Of a DNA stretch of 46,738 nucleotides, positions 25,126-33,156 are shown piece after piece. Source of the stretch: a virus. Lineage: Duplodnaviria; Caudoviricetes. The translations under genes and the position numbers were made by a program. The notes under the pieces were generated by a model that was given only the letters and a program-made list of their open reading frames with translations, searched no databases and was not told the origin of the DNA. How positions within the stretch are numbered: the stretch's first letter is position 1; each line of letters begins with the position of its first letter. Location: IMG/VR virus record IMGVR_UViG_3300037424_001103, positions 1 through 46,738 of that record; one strand, given 5' to 3'.

Positions 25126-25547
25126 TATCGCACCTCGTTAAATATTATTGTCCATTCATACTCATCCACCATAGACCAGATAATGCCCATTCCCGTCGAT
25201 GAGTCCGATGCTTTATAATCACCGGAAGGGGGCGCATTTTCTCCTCCGATATTGATAACAGGATACGGCTGGAAAAAATGAATAATGTTTTTATATATAG
25301 ATTTCAGGATATTATCAACTTCCGTCCGATCCAATTTTTGATTGGACAAGTCGATTTCTTCAACAGCTTTCACTGGGATCTGTTTTGCATCATTTCCAGA
25401 ATAAATAAAAATAGCTTCATTCCGCCACATTTTTTCAACGGCTTTATCCTCTTCAACCCGGTCAAATTGCTCAAAATTGAAACGGAAGATTGTGCAATTC
25501 CTTGACTCTTGCGTTACTGGCAATTGTTCACAACTTTCTTCGATCAT
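25125..25547 (-). CDS. Hypothetical protein
   Basis: 140 aa; AGGGG RBS. Confidence 0.75.
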   Translation of the reverse strand: MIEESCEQLPVTQESRNCTIFRFNFEQFDRVEEDKAVEKMWRNEAIFIYSGNDAKQIPVKAVEEIDLSNQKLDRTEVDNILKSIYKNIIHFFQPYPVINIGGENAPPSGDYKASDSSTGMGIIWSMVDEYEWTIIFNEVR

Positions 25548-25715
25548 TTATTTTCCCCTGTTCTCCGGGTTCCATTTGCAATACCGGCAAATTAGATTTT
25601 TGTAACCATTTTGGCAATCTACAACACAAGTATTGCAGGGTTCCGGCCTGTTTGATTTTCGGTACCCTTTTAAGTAGCAATTTCTTAATTCAGTCGTCGT
25701 GCGCGTCACCATCAT
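25548..25715 (-). CDS. Cys-rich small ORF not in the ORF track
   Basis: MMVTRTTTELRNCYLKGYRKSNRPEPCNTCVVDCQNGYKNLICRYCKWNPENRGK; stop abuts the next ATG. Confidence 0.45.
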   Translation of the reverse strand: MMVTRTTTELRNCYLKGYRKSNRPEPCNTCVVDCQNGYKNLICRYCKWNPENRGK

Positions 25716-25781
25716 CCGGCCAATCATCTTTGATCCACCCGAAAAAATCGACTATTTTAAATTCCTCTCGTAGCAACGTCG

Positions 25782-25988
25782 TTAATCTCTTTCAGTTCTC
25801 GAAGCAATTTCAAAAGCCTCTTCCTCGATTTCTCGATCAGTTTCGCGTTGCCTAAGCCAATCTTCATAGGTGCCGCACCTCCCTTCGATCCATCGGTCAA
25901 GGTCTCGCAATCGGCAGTTGTCTTCAAAGATTTCCTTCCTTGTTTTATCCTTTATCGGTTGTCCGCATGTTGGGCAGTTCATTCCCAC
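25782..25988 (-). CDS. Hypothetical protein
   Basis: CPTCGQ N-terminus, charged C-terminus. Confidence 0.6.
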   Translation of the reverse strand: MGMNCPTCGQPIKDKTRKEIFEDNCRLRDLDRWIEGRCGTYEDWLRQRETDREIEEEAFEIASRTERD

Positions 25989-26002
25989 AGGTGGCCTCGA
26001 CC

Positions 26003-26182
26003 TTAATATATTGTTATTGTAAATGGAAGTTGCTCTATTGAGAACTCGTCGGATTTCTTCGCGTTTTTGTTAATTCTTATCGAAGCCCTCTTATTTTCGC
26101 GTTCTTGGCAAATGCATATAGAGCCACCCAATGTTCCTTTTGGCACGGTTTGGTTCTGGTGCTCGTAATTAACTAAAACCAT
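26003..26182 (-). CDS. 59-aa ORF not in the ORF track
   Basis: AAGGAG RBS; MVLVNYEHQNQTVPKGTLGGSICICQERENKRASIRINKNAKKSDEFSIEQLPFTITIY. Confidence 0.6.
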   Translation of the reverse strand: MVLVNYEHQNQTVPKGTLGGSICICQERENKRASIRINKNAKKSDEFSIEQLPFTITIY

Positions 26183-26233
26183 TATTTTCTCCTTTCAATG
26201 TAATCCTGTAAAATCGGTCCGAGAAAGGGTTTA

Positions 26234-26320
26234 TTAAGCGCAGCCTTGCATTGCCAACATAGAGCATGCCGCCGCTATCGCCACCAGAATAGCCAATATA
26301 AATATGAGAGTCGTTTTCAT
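26234..26320 (-). CDS. 28-aa signal-peptide-like ORF ending at a lipobox-like Cys
   Basis: MKTTLIFILAILVAIAAACSMLAMQGCA*. Confidence 0.45.
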   Translation of the reverse strand: MKTTLIFILAILVAIAAACSMLAMQGCA

Positions 26321-26356
26321 GTGATAATTCCCAAAAACACTGTTTGGTCGCAAGGG

Positions 26357-26986
26357 TCACATCGATGCTGCGGCTTCTTTACTTTCACCACTCCCAGATT
26401 GTGGTTGTCCTGCATGTTTTACTCCAGGTGCCCATATTTCTATCTGATTCCTATTTTCATCGTCTTTTTTGCGCCAGTTGTTCCATGCCGCCCAACCTAA
26501 GCAGCGTAAAACCTCATGAGCCGCCCAGTTCATCGGCCACATGCCGTTAATAGCGTCGCCTTCGTCCATGAACATTTTGTCCCAGAAACTCCGTGACTCG
26601 TATGGTTTGTATGAAGAGGTGCGAAAAGCTTTACGGATATCATGCTCATTAACAAGATTTGATTGCATCTCCAAAACTTCATAAAAATTGTCGAGCCGTA
26701 ACAGGCACCCAAACCGATAAGCAAAGTCGTGCAGGTCGCCGGGGATAAGCATTATTCCGTCCGGATTAATCAGTGGCCAAAACGGTCTGGGTACTGAAGC
26801 CCCGTCAAAGGTGAAACCGTATGGAAGCAAGATACAAGTGCCGTCCAAGAGCCGGTAAATAAAATCATCCGTGTGCCGCCAGAAGGTCGGGACTGTTAGG
26901 AAATTCCATGCCGCGCGATACCATGGGAGGCCCTTAGTTTTGGGATGAATCGGTGAGAGCGATGGCATGTCTGGATATAGAATCAT
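26357..26986 (-). CDS. DUF1353 family protein
   Basis: P.GF.FDGASVPR.FW...HDF.Y...D..F...L...GW.AW. Confidence 0.8.
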   Translation of the reverse strand: MILYPDMPSLSPIHPKTKGLPWYRAAWNFLTVPTFWRHTDDFIYRLLDGTCILLPYGFTFDGASVPRPFWPLINPDGIMLIPGDLHDFAYRFGCLLRLDNFYEVLEMQSNLVNEHDIRKAFRTSSYKPYESRSFWDKMFMDEGDAINGMWPMNWAAHEVLRCLGWAAWNNWRKKDDENRNQIEIWAPGVKHAGQPQSGSGESKEAAASM

Positions 26987-27384
26987 TGTGCTTCTCTCAG
27001 TGTTTGTAATTCTTCAAAAACAGCATTATCTTCATCCCGACGATATGGGTGGTGAACACCCTCGCCTGACCGCCGGCGCTCTAAATAGTCAAGCCGTGTC
27101 GCTATTTTGGATAAGTAAGCGCTCAGCTCGCTGAAAGCTTTTGTCTGCTCTCTCATTTCTTTGATCACTTCCGCAAATTTCTTATCGCCCCTATCGAGGT
27201 CCGCAAGAAACCCGCGTCGAATCTCATCACATAGTGCTGTATCCTGTTTGTGTTCAAGCCGTTTATCGACTTCGCTTTTATTCGCCCGGATCATCCACAC
27301 CAGTATTCCAAAAATAACCCCCATCAGTGCTTGGACGATTGTTAAGATGTACAGAAAAACATGAACTACAGCGTCATTTTGCAT
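26983..27384 (-). CDS. Holin-like membrane protein (one TM + coiled coil)
   Basis: Hydrophobic N-terminal helix; adjacent to the endolysin. Confidence 0.55.
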   Translation of the reverse strand: MQNDAVVHVFLYILTIVQALMGVIFGILVWMIRANKSEVDKRLEHKQDTALCDEIRRGFLADLDRGDKKFAEVIKEMREQTKAFSELSAYLSKIATRLDYLERRRSGEGVHHPYRRDEDNAVFEELQTLREAQ

Positions 27385-27695
27385 TATTTCCGGCCCTCAT
27401 GCTCTAAAGAGTAGTGGTTTCCATCCCCGAACCGCCCTCCCCAGGCTCCCCCCATCGACTCCCACTCTTCTCCGAGGGGCTGGTGGTCAGACGTTTTTTG
27501 CAAAAACACACCGTTTTTAAACAGATTTATATCCATGGCGAGTTTGTCTTTATGTAGAGATTTCGCTTTTCCGGTTTTGCAGTCCTGGCACCTGAGAGCA
27601 TGCCCAAGTCGGATTTGGTACCCCATTTGATACGCGCGGATTATCAATCGCGCGATCATCAATGTAAATTTTTCCTGTTTTTCTCCGAGCGTCAT
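27384..27695 (-). CDS. Endolysin, M15 family peptidase
   Basis: L..KQ..F...I..LI..A...GY, SLH...LA.D.NLF, WGG.F.DGNHYS. Confidence 0.9.
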   Translation of the reverse strand: MTLGEKQEKFTLMIARLIIRAYQMGYQIRLGHALRCQDCKTGKAKSLHKDKLAMDINLFKNGVFLQKTSDHQPLGEEWESMGGAWGGRFGDGNHYSLEHEGRK

Positions 27696-28105
27696 TTCGT
27701 GAGCCCCGTCAATCTGCTGCGGTCAATTCTGGGGTGGATGTGCGATTGAAACACGGCCAGTGGCGCGGTGTATCTCTTTTTAAAATCGCCCGTTTTGAAG
27801 TCGATGTCAACCAGAAAACACTTCCACCCGTCACTCCAACCTATAGTCCACAAATAGATTTCTTTTCTTACCCCATTAGCTTTCTCACTCCCGCCCCACC
27901 GAAAGCACATGAAGAACAGAAAATTCGAGTGTTGACAGTCTACATGATATTTTTTCCCAACGACATGAACAGAGATTTTAACGACTTTCTCCCACTCCAC
28001 GTGTCTCCAATTGATAACGCGGGAATCCATTACCCGCCCATCGGCAAGATGGTATTCCTGCCATCTGTTTCGATAAATTGAGTCAAGGTGTAATTGTTTT
28101 TGCAT
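27692..28105 (-). CDS. Hypothetical protein
   Basis: 137 aa; GAGGT RBS; ATGA overlap. Confidence 0.75.
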   Translation of the reverse strand: MQKQLHLDSIYRNRWQEYHLADGRVMDSRVINWRHVEWEKVVKISVHVVGKKYHVDCQHSNFLFFMCFRWGGSEKANGVRKEIYLWTIGWSDGWKCFLVDIDFKTGDFKKRYTAPLAVFQSHIHPRIDRSRLTGLTK

Positions 28106-28111
28106 AATACC

Positions 28112-28687
28112 TCAACTATAACTGTACTTTAGACTCATCTGTAATTCATAACCAGCGTCAGCGCCCTTGTAAATCCCCGTCGTTTCGTTATCAGCGATTG
28201 CCAGATAGATGGCGAACATCACCTCATCATCAGATGTTGTTGAGAGAGCCATGCTCGTGCCCTCATCAGATGGCCAAAGGTTTTGGCTCGGTTCTGCCTC
28301 CGGCATTGTGGCCCACGTGTAGCTGGCAACGACAGCATCGGCGATATAGTTTTCAGTACTGCTTGGCGAAGCCTGGTCGGCACCGGACAGCGGTTTGAGT
28401 TTCACGACACTCCCCGCCTGATCAAATCCAATCGAGCTCATCCACACCTTGAACGTTTCCACAACGGTATTTCCACCATCCGCTGTCACATCCCACAGAA
28501 TTGTTTTGACCCCGGAGTTGGCAGCCCCGGAAGAAATATCTATGGTTCCGTAATCCACCTCACTGCCAGCTCCAGTAGCCACAACCGAAGACCCAGCGAT
28601 AGCAGCAAGCCTCTCTGCTGTCGTGTCAATGGCTGTAGCTGCTGTGCTCTGAGGGATTAATCTAAATCTTGTTGTTGGTGCTGCCAT
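28112..28687 (-). CDS. Putative virion/tail-associated protein
   Basis: Ala/Thr/Ser-rich acidic protein in the tail module; AAGGAG RBS. Confidence 0.6.
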   Translation of the reverse strand: MAAPTTRFRLIPQSTAATAIDTTAERLAAIAGSSVVATGAGSEVDYGTIDISSGAANSGVKTILWDVTADGGNTVVETFKVWMSSIGFDQAGSVVKLKPLSGADQASPSSTENYIADAVVASYTWATMPEAEPSQNLWPSDEGTSMALSTTSDDEVMFAIYLAIADNETTGIYKGADAGYELQMSLKYSYS

Positions 28688-28699
28688 AGTTTTTACTCC

Positions 28700-29593
28700 T
28701 TACATGCATATCCAAATTTTTGGTTGGCTGGCGCTACTCATTTCTTTGTCAAACTCCTCGCATTGATAGGGTGAGGACGCCCTACCTCCAAGCAAAAGCC
28801 CAGCATTCGCAGAGCCCGCGCCCCCGTGCGACTCAGTGCCGTTAACTATGTCCCCTTCTACAGAAAATGCCGTCCCGTCCCAGGAATACGTTTGTTTTGT
28901 AACGACCCCTGTGCTATCAAGAAGGCCCCCAAAAATTATCGAGTTATTTTGACTGCCACACCCGGCAAAAGAATACCTTCCGCTTGGGATATCACCCCCA
29001 GATACAACTGACCACGCCGCACCGTCATAGATATCCGTTGAATATACGCTGTACGTTATCCCTGAGACAGTATATCTCCCCCCAAAAATAACAGCAGATA
29101 TCTGCGTACCCGCGTATGCCCCTCTCCCCCGGCTGATTGATAGGCCCCCACCAGTAGACCATACAGACCCGTCAAACTTTTCAAACGTATTTTGGGCTGC
29201 TGGATAACCACCATCTTGGGCACCTATCGCCAGCCCAGCCACTTGAACACCAACCCCACCAGTATATGTCCTATATGTAGCCATATTACCAGCGAAGCTC
29301 CAAGCGGTGCCATCGGATGTTTCTGAAGACTTTTTTCTGGTAGGCCCAGGGACAATCCCCCCAAAACAAACAGCCGCATCCATAGCCCCAAAAGCACCAT
29401 GCTCCATGCGCCCAGTAGGATTTAATGATGGCCCGTTCGCGAAAGCTGTTCCATCATAATTCTCAGTCTTCAATAACGCCCCGGTAGACCCGTAACCAGC
29501 AATCACCACCCCCGACAGTTGCGATCCTATCCCCGCACAATCTTCGTGTTTTGCTACGGTGCTCCCGCCCATAGACCAAACACCAGCCATCAC
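28700..29593 (-). CDS. Six-bladed Kelch-like beta-propeller protein
   Basis: Six repeats G.Q..(A/G)...GG followed by E.(Y/F)DG..W/F. Confidence 0.85.
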   Translation of the reverse strand: MMAGVWSMGGSTVAKHEDCAGIGSQLSGVVIAGYGSTGALLKTENYDGTAFANGPSLNPTGRMEHGAFGAMDAAVCFGGIVPGPTRKKSSETSDGTAWSFAGNMATYRTYTGGVGVQVAGLAIGAQDGGYPAAQNTFEKFDGSVWSTGGGLSISRGRGAYAGTQISAVIFGGRYTVSGITYSVYSTDIYDGAAWSVVSGGDIPSGRYSFAGCGSQNNSIIFGGLLDSTGVVTKQTYSWDGTAFSVEGDIVNGTESHGGAGSANAGLLLGGRASSPYQCEEFDKEMSSASQPKIWICM

Positions 29594-30189
29594 CCAGCTC
29601 CTAATTTACTTGCCATTTCGGCAAGCCCAAGAACGTTTCGAGCATCCGCAATTGCGGTGTGTTCGTTAACCATCCGGGCTTGATTCGCAAACCGAATTTG
29701 CATCGCTTCAAGCTGGTGAGCGTCCACATCCACATCGCCGTGCTTCAGATGTGGGAGCAGTTCAGCCTTTATATCCGACCACTCTTTAATTTCCCGAATA
29801 CGATCCTTTGCAGTGCGCTCCATCTCCATGGCCATGAAAAGCTTCCGCTCGATTTCTACTTGTATAAGCTCTTGCTCGATATCATCTTCTTCTCGCCCGA
29901 GTTGGCGTCGTGATTTTCGAATCTCTAAAGCGTTTTTCCGAAACTCATATGAAAGCATGACAAGCTCTGTAAACATTACGTTCTGCTCACGTACAGCTTG
30001 CCAGTATTTTGAGTCCCAAGTTGGGCACTTCATATCATTGGTGACAGAGACTTTCATTTCCGTTTTTGTCCGAAACCGCTGGACAGTATCCATTGTGTGG
30101 ATCAGCTCTTCTTTCATTTCTGTCAGAGCCAAAAAATCTTCGGTCTTAATTATTGACGAATCTTTAATTATTTCAAGCCCATTCATCAT
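29590..30189 (-). CDS. Coiled-coil protein paired with the Kelch-like protein
   Basis: FRT.TEM..SV.ND.K.PT..SKYWQ.VREQ..M...L..LS...R...A..R.RE..EWS..K; start 30189 by ATGA overlap and AAGGAG. Confidence 0.75.
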   Translation of the reverse strand: MMNGLEIIKDSSIIKTEDFLALTEMKEELIHTMDTVQRFRTKTEMKVSVTNDMKCPTWDSKYWQAVREQNVMFTELVMLSYEFRKNALEIRKSRRQLGREEDDIEQELIQVEIERKLFMAMEMERTAKDRIREIKEWSDIKAELLPHLKHGDVDVDAHQLEAMQIRFANQARMVNEHTAIADARNVLGLAEMASKLGAG

Positions 30190-32366
30190 GTGAAAGTGCT
30201 CTCCTTTATAAAAGTTATTGTCCACGAAAAATCTGCAAGGGTGGTGTCATTGGTGGCTGGACCCCATATATATAGAGTGTCGTCAACGGCAAAACTTACA
30301 GCAGACGCAAAAGATATTGTCGCGGAGGTTCCAGCCGCCGCAAACGTCGCGGTACCTATTGAGGTAGACCCTTTTTTTATTGTCCACACTGACTCAGCTG
30401 TTGCCGCAACACCGGCATCAAGGCAGGACCCAACCATGTCGGCGGGGATATGCACCGGAATTTTAAATTTATGGCAGAGCAGCCGGTAAGTAGCCGTCCC
30501 AGGAACACCGTTAAACATGCCTCCTATTACATATTTTGAGATCTCTTGGACGGTTAATTCCACAGACTCTTGTGTATCGTCCTCGTGCGTGACAGTCCCA
30601 ACAAGCGTACCCGGGCCATTGATCTCAGTTGTATCTTCTTCTGGGTCTGTTGGATCATCAATCGTCAAATCATCAAATAACCGGACATCATAAGTCCGGC
30701 CAATAATGTTAAAACTTTTTGAACGGTTCATCGTGATTTGCTCGATCAAATAGTCACCGTAAACTCCACCATCGTAATCAGTGTAGCACCAAAACCGATC
30801 CCCGCGCCGGGCAGTTTTCGCTTCCGGCCCGCAAGTGATATCAATTTTCGGATCTGAGTAAATCTCTTTGTTGACGATATTCGAGAGATATTTTTTTGCC
30901 GTCACGGTTCTATTTACCGCTCTCAGTTCGATTGTGGTATCTGTTCCGTAATCCTCTACCGCCTGCTTTTCAATTTCGTAGTTAAAAGCCTTCCCATCCA
31001 TGTTCTCGTAAAATCCATACTGCAATTTTACAAGCGCTTTGGCTTGAGATGCGGGTGTATCATACTTCTTATTTATTACGCAGTTCTTATAAAACCCATC
31101 ATTGTACCCGAAATAAAATGAGACGTCCTTGACTATATCCACGGATACCGTCCACTTCCCGTTGTATTTTCGGTACGGTGTTACAGGAGAATATTTTAAA
31201 ATCTCATCAAGCCAATCGCCAGCGCGTTTCTGCGTACCACCGATGTTGATTGAGCACCAGTATTTAAAATCCGCTGTAGTGGTTGTCCCTTCAAGCTGAA
31301 TTAATTTTTGAATCAATCCAACTGAGGATGTTAGATCAACGCCGTAGGGATCTGCTATCCCGTGTGGGCTGCCAAGCACAGTGTGAAGAGCATCAAGGAT
31401 GTGGGAAGAATCCCCAATCCCTGTAGCTCCAGCGCTTGCCCAGCCAAAACCGTCCACATCTGCAAAGATTTGGATATGGTTCCCGCCGTAATCAACCTGC
31501 TCCTCAGTAAACCTAATTACAAGATATCCTGGATATGTAGTATTATTTAGAAATGTGTATTCTGAAGAAGGTACTATTTTTGTTCGATACACCGTTGTCG
31601 GTAGCGAGGTTCCATAATACCCGACAACGTAATCGTACTCGTCAGTTGTTGTGTCGTTTTTGCAGTTTGGGCAGGGTATCCTTAAGCATGGCCCAAGCGG
31701 CATGTTGATCGGTTTCCCGCGATCCTCTTGTATGGCAGTGGTATGACACATTAAGGATACAACATCTTTTGGCAGTAATTGATTGAAAACAGCATCGTCG
31801 CTGTTATTCAGATTCAGAGTTATGCCGGTATCATCCCACTCGCACGAATCAACTTTGCCAAAAAAGTCGATCATATCATCGTGAGCCTCGCCAGAAATTG
31901 GATCGTAATTGGTCAGTCGAGCCCATTTCGTTTTGAGGTTGTATGTCTCCGCAATCGTTGCCATGGAAAGATCAGTCGATAATCCCCGCCCGGCATTTTT
32001 TATCGTGATAGAAATAGAATTTGAACGCTCAATCCCATACTGAATATCTTTGAGCGCTTCTTTTGTCGTTGGCCACACAAGCCCAGATAAATACTCGTTT
32101 CCAAGCTCATCAACATAATAGCTCGTGGCGTACCTGAGCACGATTTCTGTGCTTATTGTGAGCTCGAAAATGGCTACCGGGATTGGATGCTGCTTGACGT
32201 TTACGGATATTAGAGTCCGGAAATCTAAAAGATCAGTATCGGTTTCATAAACTTTCGCCTTGAGATCAAGCAAGTCTACGGCGTCGTCTGAGATCCTGGT
32301 TTTTAAATCCAGAAGATCTACAGCGTTGTCGGAGATTCTTACTTTAAAATCGAGAAGATCTGTCAC
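30186..32366 (-). CDS. Tail tip/hub protein with C-terminal beta-sandwich-like domain
   Basis: 726 aa, second gene after the tape measure; GKPI....G motif; N-terminal 14-aa repeats. Confidence 0.7.
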   Translation of the reverse strand: MTDLLDFKVRISDNAVDLLDLKTRISDDAVDLLDLKAKVYETDTDLLDFRTLISVNVKQHPIPVAIFELTISTEIVLRYATSYYVDELGNEYLSGLVWPTTKEALKDIQYGIERSNSISITIKNAGRGLSTDLSMATIAETYNLKTKWARLTNYDPISGEAHDDMIDFFGKVDSCEWDDTGITLNLNNSDDAVFNQLLPKDVVSLMCHTTAIQEDRGKPINMPLGPCLRIPCPNCKNDTTTDEYDYVVGYYGTSLPTTVYRTKIVPSSEYTFLNNTTYPGYLVIRFTEEQVDYGGNHIQIFADVDGFGWASAGATGIGDSSHILDALHTVLGSPHGIADPYGVDLTSSVGLIQKLIQLEGTTTTADFKYWCSINIGGTQKRAGDWLDEILKYSPVTPYRKYNGKWTVSVDIVKDVSFYFGYNDGFYKNCVINKKYDTPASQAKALVKLQYGFYENMDGKAFNYEIEKQAVEDYGTDTTIELRAVNRTVTAKKYLSNIVNKEIYSDPKIDITCGPEAKTARRGDRFWCYTDYDGGVYGDYLIEQITMNRSKSFNIIGRTYDVRLFDDLTIDDPTDPEEDTTEINGPGTLVGTVTHEDDTQESVELTVQEISKYVIGGMFNGVPGTATYRLLCHKFKIPVHIPADMVGSCLDAGVAATAESVWTIKKGSTSIGTATFAAAGTSATISFASAVSFAVDDTLYIWGPATNDTTLADFSWTITFIKESTFT

Positions 32367-32367
32367 C

Positions 32368-33156
32368 TTACTTGTCCTCTAACATGTAGGCTTCTTTGAT
32401 TTTTATCGTGTTGCCGACGATACCGGTGTATGCAAACCGAGTCGTTTCAATCGAATCATCCCTAACACACAGGTATGCATTCGCGGTATTCCCTGCATTT
32501 TCGTAGTAAATAAACGGCAAACTCATGTCGATTTTGTTCGCTGTCCATAACTCCGACTCATCATCCGTTGACCGGTTACCGAATACAAGATTCCCTTCCC
32601 ACCGAATCTCTTCTCCTGTTGAAATTCGTTCATTTATTGAAGTGTTGAAAAAATGCTTCCCAGTCTGTCCGTATCCGTAGGCCATGTTGTGGGATAGCGT
32701 CGTGTACGTGGACAAAAAGCAAACTGTCCCGACTTCCCATTTCGACGTGTAATCTCCAACTGCTGTTGTTCCAGCAGGAATGTAAACTCTCAAATACTGG
32801 TAATTGAAAGCCGTTAACGGAATAAATATTTGGTATCTTCCGGTAATTGCATTTGGTGAGGCTGTTAGATCCGTTCCGGAATAAGATGGCGCCCCCCATG
32901 CATCAGATGCGTGCCCTTGGATTTTTACAGAGTTAAAATTCACATCGTTCAAAAAAATCCCGAGAAGGGTTTGAGCCGCGCCAAAATTAAATTTAAGCAG
33001 ATAATCTGTGGCCGTCACATCATCCGCTCGGAACCGCCGCTTCAGGTTCCACCGGTCCATAACATTCGCCTTCGCGTAGCCAGATGCTTGCGAGCGCGCG
33101 GTTATATTGGCATCCGCAACGTCAACGAACGAATTTGAAAGAATGATGTTGCCCAT
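32368..33156 (-). CDS. Distal tail-like protein
   Basis: Immediately follows the tape measure; Y.YLR..I...EVG motif. Confidence 0.6.
   Translation of the reverse strand: MGNIILSNSFVDVADANITARSQASGYAKANVMDRWNLKRRFRADDVTATDYLLKFNFGAAQTLLGIFLNDVNFNSVKIQGHASDAWGAPSYSGTDLTASPNAITGRYQIFIPLTAFNYQYLRVYIPAGTTAVGDYTSKWEVGTVCFLSTYTTLSHNMAYGYGQTGKHFFNTSINERISTGEEIRWEGNLVFGNRSTDDESELWTANKIDMSLPFIYYENAGNTANAYLCVRDDSIETTRFAYTGIVGNTIKIKEAYMLEDK

Noticed and set aside
25990-26180. DGR template repeat in the A-rich stretch upstream of the target gene
   Set aside because: No similarity to the VR scaffold; it reads as a 59-aa ORF with an RBS
26169-26360. 63-aa ORF from the track
   Set aside because: No recognisable features; the 28-aa signal-like ORF and the 59-aa RBS-led ORF explain the region better, though its ATGA overlap means it cannot be fully excluded
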